NCBI GenBank assembly: GCA_964187785.1
Contig: OZ076409.1
Span: 59,584,001-59,648,000 of the forward strand
Origin: Amphiscolops sp. MND2022
Taxonomy: Eukaryota
DNA: 64,000 nt
Direction: 5' to 3'
Shown here: piece after piece, positions 47,901 to 58,686 of the stretch
How the letters are laid out: every line of letters starts with the position of its first letter
Numbering within the stretch: the stretch's first letter is position 1
Made by a program: the position numbers and the translations under genes
The notes under the pieces: model-generated
Told to the model about the DNA's origin: nothing
Database searches by the model: none
Seen by the model: only the letters and a program-made list of their open reading frames with translations

Positions 47901-50900
47901 TTTGACCACTGTTGATCAACATTTTGGCATCCAATTAGCCGAAGTGAGTGTCTTTGTGTTTTTAATTTTTAATGCATAGGAACTTACAGTGAACTCTTTT
48001 CGTTAGACAACAGAAACCTCTGTGAATGGTTTAATGGTTAATTTTAATGGTGCACGCTTAGTGCAACTTTGGATTATCATACCGAAAACATCCGATGAAT
48101 GCTCCTTGTTTTTTCTTTTACATTTTTTCAGGGATTACCCAGTCAAATGAGACCAAACAGTCGCTCATTCTTATTTTCTGGTAGTACTTTTTCGAAATTT
48201 TGAATCTTCTTCAAATTCTCCGATCATATTCAAAAGGGTTTTGAGACTTGAACGGGCCGTCGATTTGGGCAGTTCCTGGCTAGTTTGCGTTTGAAAATAT
48301 TCTCAATTTATCCCAGCATTCGATGACTCGAAATTTTGACCGGATCGCCGGTCCAGTGTTCTAGAAACTAAACCTGGAAGTCTTGAAGGATCCTTGATTT
48401 CAAAATTTTTCCAAATCAGTTTCTAATCTGACAGAGAAAAAGTTCAAGAAAGTTTGTGGCAAATTTTATGTTGGACGCTGAATTCATCCAGATGTCGGAT
48501 GCTGGAATTTAATATCAAACTCGGGGTGCATTTTCTGCAATCGTCACGTTCTATGACTTTGTTTCAGGTTCAACAATACTGCAAGAAACAAACAATTGTG
48601 GAAATTCATTTGAAGCGAACTTCCACCAGTAGTGAGTTTGTTTTGAGAAATCTGATTTTTTCTAACTCAGTTTATTTTCATTCAAATTTCGCGCTTTCTC
48701 ATATTTTTCTAAGGCTCTCGAGGAATGGATCTATCTTTGAGAGGTCAATTTGTTACGATCAGTGACACTGCACACCTTTTTATTGGAGGACCCAGGTTAT
48801 TATTTAAACATTTGAAAAAATATTCCTTTTATTCGTAGCACTTCCAATCAATTCCAACTTAGTTCTGTTTGAAGTGAGCCCCATTCAGAGAAATTACTGG
48901 TTATTGGCAATCACCCAATTCCATATGAGCAACAAAAATACATTGTTTCCCTAAATGGAAGCAAGTTGCCAAAATTTGAAAAAAAAACATGTTTTGGTCG
49001 TAATGTTTTGGTATTTTCATTTATTTAGAAAAAAAACATGAAGGTCATAGCAATTGCCATGACCTTCATGTTTTTTTATAGATAAATGAAAATGTTTTTC
49101 AATCAAGTTCATCAATCGAAAATTAGATACAAATCTTATGGAAATATTTGAAATTTTTAGAGAAGAGGGTAAGAAAATGATCGCCCCACTTCTTTGTTCG
49201 CGGAAAATCACAAAACTTTTTTACTTGTCTTGTGTTTCACAGATTGTGCAACTTATCAGAATTGAGTGACCTCAAATTGTTCATCAGTGATTTCAGCAGA
49301 TTTGATTTAGCCTGTCACTGCATCGTCGCTTCTCACGTGGAATCTTTGCACAAAAAAACACCTACAAGCAAGAAACGGACTCTGGTAAGATAAGATTATT
49401 TTTCTGAACTTCCAAACTCGCAGGTATTCTCGTCGAGTTTCAGTCAAGAAGAAATGAAACTAAATGCAGGAAATATTACGAACTTTCAGATAAAATTTTT
49501 AAATCTTGGGGTTGTAGTAGTTGAAAATAAATGCATTCCTTGCAAGATCAATGCATGACAGAGCATTTTCGGACATGACATTTTGCAAGGCTCTTACCAG
49601 GGAGGCAATCTCTTTGGAGGATCCTTTCAGATCAACCGTTTCTTGCAAGAACGTTACAAGGTACCCTTTTCTTTTAAAATATAAAACAGGAGGTCTCCGT
49701 GCACAGCGACAAAATTTGGTACATTCGCATGGTAGCCTGGACGCAGCGCTCACGGAAACTTTCTGCTAATGCGACCCTTAAATGATTGTACTATGATTAC
49801 CATTAAATCATGATGTTTTCATCTTTGAATGAATCTAAGAACGATCCCAGGAAACCCAAAGCAGTTTTCCAGAATGTTTCAAGATGAAAAAACTAGCTTA
49901 TATTAACATTAGTTAAGACTACCCTCAGAATACGGAATTTTCTTGGGAATCTCGTTTCAGTTGAACAAGAAAAACAGTACTCGACTGACGAAAAGAGAAG
50001 CTGTCTGGAAGTTGGAGACAAGGTTGAAAGAACAGAGAGAGAAGTTGAAAAATGCAGAGAAGAATCTTATTCTTTGGTCTGAAGTTCAAACTTTTCAAAT
50101 GGTGAGGATTGGGTTGAAAAAGTTTTTATTCATAGGCAATGAAAAATTCTCCATCGCTAAGTAAACGTTTGTTAAGGAGAATTAAAAATAAAAAGTTGTT
50201 CATTTTTCAGATTTTGTGAGGTTCAGGTTTATGGTTTAGCAAATATGATTAACCAAGTGCACCTTTTCGTTCAAGGTTGAAGATGCGGTTGTTGTGTTTG
50301 TGGGTTTGAAAGACTTCGGGGCTTCGTTGTGCGGAAATGACACAAAAATGACTCCAGAATCAGTTTCTCATCTGTTCAAAGTGTTTTTCCTATTTCAAGA
50401 ACTTTCTCAAATGCTGAATTTCCACGTGGTTAGTTTTCACCTAAGGTAAGAGAAAAGGTCTCATGGTTTCATGGTTTTTTTCTGAAGACTGTGCCAATAG
50501 AGACTGTGTCTTAAAAGATCTAGAGATCACAACAAGGAATTTCTCGATCGAAAAGGATGCAATAAGCTTTGTATACAGTTCAGTTTACTAGTGTCTAACT
50601 CCTGTTCAGCGGCTCCGCAAAAATAATGGTATGAAAAAATAAATTTATTTACTCCAATGAAAGAATAATGTCAATTATTTATTTTTTGGGAATCAAATAT
50701 GGCAATAATTTTTTCAATGTGAAGAAATAATGGTCCATATTTTATATATTACACTATAGGTGATAATTTATTACTAATAAAAGCCTAGTAAATGAGTCAG
50801 CAAAACGTCAGGCGTGAGTGGGTTGCAAAGTAAAGAAAACAGCCGGCTGCAACCCCAGCGATCGAAGACATGGTACGCTTGCCAAGAACCATGGTAAATC

Positions 50901-53900
50901 ACTAACTAGCCTTGCCAAGATCTTACCATGATCTTACCAAGATCTTGCCAAGGATACCATGATTATGCAAGATCGTGCCAAGCGTACCATGTTTTACCAT
51001 GATCTTGGCAAGGATGCCAAGATTAACCATGTTCTTGACAAGGGATCCATGGTAGCAAATCCGTTTTTTTTTGGGAAATTCTGCACTTAATCCTCAACTA
51101 TTCAACCAGATTCTTCACTCAGATCAATATTTTCACTCGGTTCAATGATAACAAGGGCTGTTTTATTTGGGAATTATGCACTCAAGCTCCAGCTATGTTT
51201 CAAGACATCTCACCCAATTCAATGAGATCAAGAATGTCAAAAGATGTCCATTTTTATTCATCACTGATATATTAAATTAAAATAGTCATAACTACAATTT
51301 AAATTATCGCAATTTTTTTTTATAAATGGTCATCACTGGTTGAAAGACATTTTGAATTCTTCGAGGCGTCATCTAGAAACAAATATCCGGATAATTTCGA
51401 AAGTACTTCAATAACTGACAATTGTTGGGGGGAGATGAACAGTAAATTAGGAGAGGAGCTAATGACATTTCATTTCTCAAACAAAATTTACATATTTCTC
51501 AAACATATTACAAAATCTAGGAAATACATAATTGGAAAATTCTCCACTGGGTCCACTGTGAAATTTTCAGACGTTATTTGACGTACTTTCAGATTTCTTT
51601 ACGTTATTTGTCGTATTCGGAAAATTTGACACTATTCTACTTTTTGTATAGAAATTTTGTTGATCATTCCCAAACCTAGACGTTCTTTACACACAAAGGA
51701 CATTTTTTGTCATAATTTTAGACGTTCTATGACAATCGTCCGAGAATTTTCATCAATCCTGGTGACCATGGTCAAATACGGCCTTCTAACTAGTTGGGAC
51801 ACGGTCGTTAACTGAAAATGGTTTTAAACGAATTTTTGACATGGCACCCTTGATAAGAATCTTGATAAACCATGGCTATCTTGTCAAGATCTTGCCATGA
51901 TCTTGTCATGATCTTGACAAGCGTTCCATGTATCATGATTAGTCATGATCTTGACAAGGGTACCATGGTTAACCATGATTTAGCAAGATTAACCATGATC
52001 TTGGCAAGCGTAGCGTGTCTTCGATCGCTGGGACTAGCCGTTTGCAAATGAATGAAGTGGCGGCGTAACGATTAGCGCGAGTGAATAAAAGATTGCTGCA
52101 TTTTAGACGGTGACTATTCGCAGCAAACCTTGAACGACCAAACGTTGAACGAGCAATTTGTTTTGTTATACATTACAGGGCATAGACAAGGTTTTCCTGC
52201 GTATTTTGAACTGATGGGAATCCGTGATTGGAACCAAATATTTTAACATGAAGCATTTATGAAATAAATGAATGTCATGTAGATAATTGAGAAGTTTCGG
52301 CCTTTCATTTTTTGTGCTTCTCTTGAAATATGAGATACTGGAATAAATTTCAAAAAATTACCTAGAATGGAAAAGGAAAGTTCTTGGTTCCAATCATGGG
52401 TCCTTAATTTGACTGATTAATCCCTGGAACCTCCTGAAACTTTCGGTCACCTGGGACCCTGGGTTGACCCTCTTACTAGCATCTTGGCTGTCTTGGCAAG
52501 ATCTTGCCAAATTCTTACTACATCTTGGCAACCATCGATCCCATGGCAAGATTCTTGTTAAGATCTTACTAAGATAATACTTATTCCAAGATCTTATCAC
52601 GATGGACAAAATTTTAGGATTATAAAAAAACACTATACCTTCGGTACAAGCAGCCGAGACTCAATCTAAAGGCTCATTTCACCCAACAACGACTATTTCT
52701 ACTTGTTTTCATTATCAAAATGCTTAAACCGGCTGAAAAAATTTTGCATGCAAAAATGCGTGAAAAATTACGATAACGTAGTCTGGCTTCCAAAATTTTG
52801 ACGAGAATCCTAATAAATGCTCACCTGTTTAGGACTGAGAAATGCGAATGTACCAAATGAAAGGTAATTTCAAGGGCTTTCCAAAACTTGTAATTTATCA
52901 CTCCTGTCGATTCCAGAGGCGGAGAAATATGCTCTCAAACGTTCAGACCCACTATCGGAAAGTTACAAAAGAAAGACCTTAAAATCCTGAAATTTTTGTA
53001 AAAATCATATTTCCAGCTTTCTTTGAGCCTGTTTCAGCAGCCTTATAATTGCTAGAAACGGCGGTCATTGCTCTAATTTTTTGGGTAATGATTCAGCTCA
53101 AGGCTTTTCTGACGCCGTTGTTGGCGTCAGTTTTGCAATTGAAAGAACAATATCGATATCGAAATGGTTTTAAAAATCATTCAGTAATTTTGTTTTGAGT
53201 GATGTCTAGATTATTTTTCCATAACTCTTAATTTAATGGTTTTCTGATTCTACTTTTTCTCGATATCGAGCAGTTCGTAGCAATTTTTTTCTCGCCATAT
53301 TCGGCTTTCTTAGTTAGATTTTTCTTGCCATATTGGGCTTCTTAGTAAGATTTTTCTTGGAAACATGGCTCTCTTGATAAGATCTTACCATGGCATCTTG
53401 CAATTCTAGGCAATATCTTGTCACGATCTTAGCTAAGATTTTTCCAAGATCTTGGCAAGATCTTGCCAAGATCTTACTAAGATATCCATGGAGGGTCGAC
53501 CCGGGACGTTACCATTTTAGACACTTTTCCATGTCAGGCAAGATTCCGCGGGAAGTGTTAGTGTTTTACTTTAAGCACATTGGTGACAATATTTGGGGAT
53601 GCAAAATCTCCTAAAAGAGGAAGCAACTGCGGAACTAAGGCTTTATCAATCTTAACTGTCATAATACAGTGGAGCATCGAAATTGGGCACAAGAATTTTT
53701 TGTTACCAGCATTTCGGGATTTACATCTGCGTAAACCAGCGCCAAAGGCGCCATTATTTTCATTTGGATTAATTTAGAAAAATTACCTTTCGGTTTTCGA
53801 GAGAGTGAGCTTGCTCGAAAAACTCGAAGCTGGAAGATACCAGCTGTCTTGAAATGCAGCAAAACTTGGACAAAAATGCAGATATTGTCATGTGGAAAGA

Positions 53901-56900
53901 TTTCGAAAATGGCATCGTTAAGTGCGTTGATGGACAAAGTGTTGACCTATCCCCATCTGAAAAAGTAGCACTAAAGCAATTAGAATGTTCATCTAGTTTG
54001 GATGTCATGCCAGACGACAGCCTAGAAAGTTTTGCGATAAACCTTCTGCCTGCTAAAAAAGTAACACACGGAAAATATAACGTACATAAATGTGTACTGG
54101 AATCCTGGGACGACTACCATATGTGAGCGCGTTTTCAGCGGAGCACAATCAACACTTGGGACACTTCGCCAAAACATGACACCGATGCATCGCGAGGAAA
54201 CGCTGTTTCTTCAAGTAAACGGAAACTTTTGGGGTTCCGAACTTGTTTCACGCAGAGTATAAGTTGGGAGTTAATTAAAATCTATTTATTCCTGAGATTC
54301 AATTTATGGCATAATTTATGGGCATTGTTCCATAATATGGACATTATTTTTGCGGAGTCCCTGTTCCTGTTATATGGCATACGTTATGTTTTGCGTTATG
54401 TGTCAAATTACGTATTATAAACGTGTTCATTTAACGTTCCACAATTAAGTAATTCGGTCGAAAAGTCATGTTTTTAACATCAGTTCCAGGATAAATAATC
54501 AAATTTTGAAGACTTTCCCTGTCGAATTGGCTGGCAAGTTTTCCATAATGAATTCTTGCATGCAGGCTAATTCTGTTTAATAAATGGAAAATTTAGCGAC
54601 CCTGCACGGAAAAATTGTGTAATTCTTCCAATCAAGTTTTAAAAATTTCAAAGCATACCCATGCGCAAACTTCTAAGCAGTCTACGGAAAGAAATAAATT
54701 TCAAATACAGTTCATAATTCTTCAAGTAACTACCTAATTGCCGCCTAAACGAGGTGTTAATCGCTTGAAAATCAAGAATTTGATAATTCACTCAGTTAAT
54801 TGTTTCACGAAGCACAATCTTCTAGACTTCCCAAGAAATTGGCATTTATGCTCAGGAAAAGTCTTTTATCAGAGCAATCAATAACGAGCCGGGAACGGCC
54901 CAAGTTTGCGCCCTACTCAAGGTTTCAAGTTTTTAATTATGCAAAAGGACACGTTTGGTAAAATTTTACAGTGGCGAAAATTCCCGGAGGGATGCACTTA
55001 AGACAACAGAACCACTTTTTCCCCAACTAAGAACAACATACGTTTTTTTCGAACCTCCACTTCCTCTTTACTAAAACGCAATATACTTTTTTCGCACGTT
55101 TTTGAAATATATTTTCGAACTTCGAGCACCTCTATAATGAAACGCGACTTACTTCGGATATAATGACAAAAATTTGTATAGCGTGCTGGGCCACTGAGAA
55201 TTGGGCCTAGTTTTAAGACGAAAAATTTTCACAAAGCCAAAAATTGTAAAAACTGGGGCTTTTCGGGGTTAATTTTCAAACCAGTTCATTGCAAATTATC
55301 GAAAAACTTGAAGACGAAAAAAGAGGTTAAGTTTCATTGTGCCAAAAAATTCTGAAAGGGGGACCTTTTGGAATTTTTCAACATCCTGTGAGAGAGCTAA
55401 GCTAAACTGTCGAGATGACCTCAAACTAATGAAAAGATGTTTAGTCGTTGATAATATTTACTAAAAGAACTGAACTGAAAGATAATTAGAAAAATATCAT
55501 TTCACCATATGGTCCTTACAGCGTTCAGTAATAACGATTGTCAACATTATTCTTCAATTCTCTACTCTTCTGAGATTAGCATTATACAGCTTATTACACC
55601 TTCAACATGGCGCTGCTAGGTTTAGCAGATTCGGGCGTGAAGCCAGAATCAAGGGGATCATGTTGCAAATTTCAAAAAAACTGAAGGGGGCTCCTTCGAG
55701 ACTTCAAAACATTTTCGAAAAAAGAGCCTCAAAAACCCAAGAAGGAGGAGTCTCATAGTGTCTAAAAAGTGGAAAAGGGGATCCTTCTGCTTTGGAATGG
55801 TTACGTATTTCATGTTAGAGGCTTTGGATGCGATCAAATTCAAGTACACTTATGGTCAAAGTTGACAGTGCAGAAAAAGTGGACCTTTGAAAGTGAGACT
55901 GACAAAAAATTGTGGTAGTCGGGCAAAAGTGCTTAGACGAAAAGTGCCTACTAAAATTGAAGGTGTCTTCCATTCGGAGCATGCTTAGAGAAACTCTGTA
56001 GAAACACATTTTTGAGTTTCTTTTCTCTTATGCTTCAATTTATTCAAAAAGAAAGTAACTTAAAATTGTCTAAGTTGCACTTAAAATCTAGTTTTTAAAA
56101 ATAAAGAAACACTCATTTCAGACACTCCTTTCATTTCCAGATTCCATTGGAAAGTCCATACGTTATGGGTGCCATACTCAACACAAAGCCGTCCAATTTC
56201 AATTCCTCGTCCTCTGCAGATGTGAATTGGGCAGAGTCGGTGATAAAGGGTATCGAATTCTGCATTAGTCTGCAGAACATTTTGCGGAAATATTTGGAAG
56301 ACTCACAGCAGTATTTTCGGGTCGCTCAAAATTTCACTGCACGTTAGTGTCGAATTATTTCTTGATTACAGCTTTTGGCATGCATCGCATCAAACACCGT
56401 TGACAGTTTCCCTCATTGTAATTTTTCCTTGATTTTATCATGTTTACAGTACAGTTCTTCGCAAAGACATGCAAAATTTTGTGCCATGTTGATATTGGAT
56501 GGGATTAGTACAAAGTCGATTACTTTTGGCATCAGCAGTTTTTTGTCAAAAGTTGGATTGCGAGGAATTTGAATGAATCGTTTCTGTAACTAAAGATATT
56601 GATTTTTTTCAGAATGAATTTGATGAAGAAAACTGATTTATCCCAAACAAACGAAGTCAAAGTTTTTGGCTCCTAATGATTGAATTGGAAACTTCTAACT
56701 GAATTTGGGCCCTGAAGAACTAAAGAACTTCTGAGAAATTTTTTTAATATAAAATATAATTCATATTTATATATAATTTTATATAATTTTTTTCAGGCGT
56801 CATAAAATCTGAATTGTGGATCTGGAAACAGCGAGAATCTCTGAAATTTGGCGGTGGTGTTTTTGAGACAATTAAATCGAATGGACCGAGCAGAGAGCCT

Positions 56901-57858
56901 GAAATGAAGGTAATTGTCCTTTCGTTAAAACATTCAACTTCTGAAACCATCAACTTTCTGCCCACAAAGTTTTCATGAATCAGTTTTAAATCCTAGCTTT
57001 AAGCACTAATGAAGGATTGTTGTTACCGCGACTGGAATGTAAGTCTTCACTACATATTTAATCTTGGGATTTTTGTAGGTAGAAGGCTATCTGTTTCCAA
57101 TAGAAATAATTTTGGATGAAAGCAAATGTAGAAATGGAAAACCATCTGATAAACAACTCGTTGGCGGGGGAAACAATTCCATCAACCAACTGCAGGAAAT
57201 TTCAACCCAGCTGAGCGGACTTGTTAACACTTTATACAGGTTACAATTGTTCTTTTTTTCTCTTTCAATTTCCTAAGAGAAAAAAATTATTTCAGCTGGC
57301 GTTTTTTGTTTATTATTCATGGAGATTTCCACAAAAGTACCTAAAATAAAGTGACAAAATAAAGAAAGCTCAGTTTGAAACTCTAGTGCAATTTTAGATT
57401 TTTTGAACAAACTTTGTTGCTAAAATATAGCTGGGCTGAAAGTACCAGTATGTGAGCTTGTCCTTATTCCAGTTAGCCGCAACTTTCAGTATTTGCGGAT
57501 GAGCAGGGGATTTGGTTGAAAATACCGAGGAATTGTTTCTTTTTTTTCTTTCTAATATCCAATTTCAATATTTCTAATAAATATTTTATGTTGAAAATTT
57601 ACTAGCAAAATTCATCATACGTATGTATGAATTTTGCATTCACATGCAAGTTTCAGTGAAGAGCATTCATGTGAGATGCACCCTGTGGAGTGTGGCGTGT
57701 TTGACAAGTGTGTCACCCCTGTTCTCAAGGTCACCCAAGGAGACGTCGTGTTCAAGAAGTTCACCTCCATGAGAAAGCGCAAAAACGGGGGATGGAACCA
57801 AGGTGGCAAAATTAAGGTGCTATTGCGACAGGCCGTCGAAGAGGTTTGTCACATCTGA
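35952..57858 (+). CDS. Divergent soluble guanylate cyclase-like protein (H-NOX, PAS/H-NOBA, coiled coil, degenerate cyclase, C-terminal extension)
   Basis: Proposed exons: 35952-35981, 36844-36890, 37575(or 37573)-37626, 38034-38180, 38440-38643, 47560-47943, possible 48007-48036, 48568-48631, 48714-48795, 49243-49384, 49961-50101, ~50258-50428, 56141-~56320, 56372-~56537, 56797-56909, 57079-57239, 57657-57843/57858. They are colinear with sGC beta motifs and mostly phase-compatible GT-AG junctions. Confidence 0.75.
38034..38643 (+). CDS. H-NOX core exons (38034-38180, 38440-38643) of the sGC-like gene
   Basis: ...MMQAGAHFADFLQQNSYFEILE|TFGKDFSTLLRELNNIHEHLKHGYPLMEPPSV...IRYVTTR...LVGVLKQ aligns by eye to sGC beta1 [54 protein letters not shown]...HYYSER...IVIGIIKT; both exons are phase 0-0. 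Confidence 0.88.
40162..40294 (-). repeat. 3' LTR (133 bp)
   Basis: Matches 46331-46463 with one substitution; preceded on the minus strand by a polypurine tract. Confidence 0.95.
40820..44259 (-). pseudogene. BEL/Pao Pol remnants (protease, RNase H, integrase; RT absent)
   Basis: Fragment ORFs 44259..43906, 44111..43491, 43494..43120, 43108..42704, 42282..41782 and 41122..40820, with several frameshifts. Confidence 0.9.
44244..45638 (-). CDS. BEL/Pao Gag
   Basis: KLPKLDLPTFSGDYLSWTSFFDLF, QKLQYLKASLEG, CECCNGTH, CFNCLRAGH, CKNCKLKHHTLLH; frameshifts into the protease near 44260. Confidence 0.9.
   Translation of the reverse strand: MTEIEMQKKSRASHKSVATKYWTEAESLILPSRSVSSIADAVIRLEQLHKNLSRKQTFLNDLNLQIQAKFDNEEILETDILQSEKFDVKLVQQLDQIDRFIKSITPAVRGTTSTSSTITRSTPPLFTAKLPKLDLPTFSGDYLSWTSFFDLFTGAVHNNGTLQNSQKLQYLKASLEGDAAKLLASVTITDANYPVAMKMLRDRYQNNRMILLAHVHAISTQKQLTNETAKDLRQLVETVEEHRLALENKGQPVDQQDIFLVYLVTEKLPADTRKFWELSRPGTDPQTYNDLKKFLETRCLASEASTLSAPTISSQHRFRTRQNNNQQSHSSQRNYNTNTTTNEINCECCNGTHKLHLCPKFKQLSVPNRAEFVKMKKLCFNCLRAGHRQQECTGSTCKNCKLKHHTLLHLQSPRQNVLSTVQLRIAIGTINQKKQLIRNHRHQNSSQLLRFLLKQPEQSSCKQP
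45820..46050. repeat. ~61-bp tandem repeat (about 3.5 copies) in the BEL 5' leader
   Basis: Repeated gaagattgctttgagttactttgaatttgtcttta...tttgaatctttgaaaattgac. Confidence 0.8.
46331..46463 (-). repeat. 5' LTR (133 bp)
   Basis: TGTTGACAG...CAAACCA on the minus strand, followed by a TGG-starting primer-binding site. Confidence 0.95.
47560..50101 (+). CDS. H-NOX end, PAS/H-NOBA and coiled-coil exons of the sGC-like gene
   Basis: VAQKLF..., LFPFHFVVNADAKLTSMG, LSLRGQFVTISDTAHLFIGGPR|LCNLSELSDLKLFISDFSRFD, KLETRLKEQREKLKNAEK; junction phases 1, 2 and 0 match between consecutive exons. Confidence 0.85.
50854..52032. mobile_element. CACTA/EnSpm-like MITE with gatcttgccaa subterminal repeats
   Basis: TIR cccagcgatcgaagaca / tgtcttcgatcgctggg; 2-bp direct repeat ac on both flanks. 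Confidence 0.8.
52458..53505. mobile_element. Related CACTA/EnSpm-like MITE
   Basis: TIR cctgggttgaccctc / gagggtcgacccggg; ac flanks; same 11-bp gatcttgccaa subrepeats. Confidence 0.8.
53531..54262 (+). pseudogene. Internally deleted hAT-like transposase remnant
   Basis: BED-like start MSGKIPREVLVFYFKHIGDNIWGC...RKQ...GFINL; ADIVMWKDFENGIVK...LSPSEKVALK; then, frameshifted, PGTTTICERVFS...RQNMTPMH.EETLFLQVN..FW (dimerisation domain). No TIRs identified. Confidence 0.7.
54883..55953 (+). mobile_element. Helentron/HINE-like copy with a ~270-bp internal insertion
   Basis: aacgagccgggaacggcccaagtttgcgcc start and tagtcgggcaaaagtgc...aagtgcctacta end, matching the 8633 copy; unrelated sequence at ~55387-55660. 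Confidence 0.65.
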
Positions 57859-58286
57859 GATGGTAATAGATCTATCTGTTTTTCGTAAACAAAAGTTGTT
57901 TTCAATCAGCGCATTTTGACATTTTGCAGTTTAGTGATTTTGAAGTGTGGAGCTCTAAATCTTCACAATCGAAACATCAATTATCCATTGTCAGCCGGTA
58001 ATTTTCTTTTTTTTTTAGAAAAACAATTGTGTGGTCGAATACTGGATTATCAGTGCATATTATTTACTTGTATATTATTGTATATTATTTCCAAAATTAT
58101 CGGACAAAACCTTGTAGGTTCCTGAGTTGAAGAATTGAACTATCTAAATGTTAGGAATGAATTAGTCACTCGTACCTGATGAATAAGCTGTTCTGTTTTA
58201 GTAGTCTCCACATTCCCTTATTTTATTATTTACCCTTGAATTGGAATCAACTATGGTTAATCAGTATAGGATTCCACAAATATCTA

Positions 58287-58686
58287 CAGTGATGTGAAGA
58301 AAGAATGCGACTTAGTTGCTCAAAATGCAAAGAATTCTATATTCTGATTGGTTCAAAAAGCCTCGCTGCCAAAATTTCATTGGTTTAACGAGCCCCGATC
58401 GCTCGCAAAAATCAGTATTTTCAATATTTTACCATCTTTCGGAGATATTTTTTACATGAAAATTATACCAAAAATTTTCTCTGATTTTTCTCAATCCCAT
58501 GACAGTTTTTGTTTGTGGAAATCACTGATGATGGCTGAAATTTCTAAAAAAACATTGTATTCATAGCAAAAATTCAAGAAACTTTTGTTTCTACCAAATT
58601 GAACCATTTCGAATAGTTTTGGAGAAATGAGAATGCAAAATTGGCCTTTTTGAGCAACTAAGTCGCATTCTTTCTTCACACCACTG
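58287..58686. mobile_element. Tc1/mariner-type MITE (400 bp)
   Basis: ~39-bp TIR cagtg(a/g)tgtgaagaaagaatgcgacttagttgctcaaaa flanked by TA on both sides. Confidence 0.9.

Noticed and set aside
55387..55660. Solo LTR (TG...CA) nested in a HINE-like copy
   Set aside because: No matching target-site duplication and no second copy in the window.
56110..57230. Minus-strand pseudogene (NACHT-like)
   Set aside because: Better explained as the antisense of phase-compatible plus-strand exons of the sGC-like gene.
57844..57858. CAAX prenylation motif as in atypical sGCs
   Set aside because: The terminus is VCHI*, with Cys third from the end, and a donor at 57844 may mean it is not the true end.
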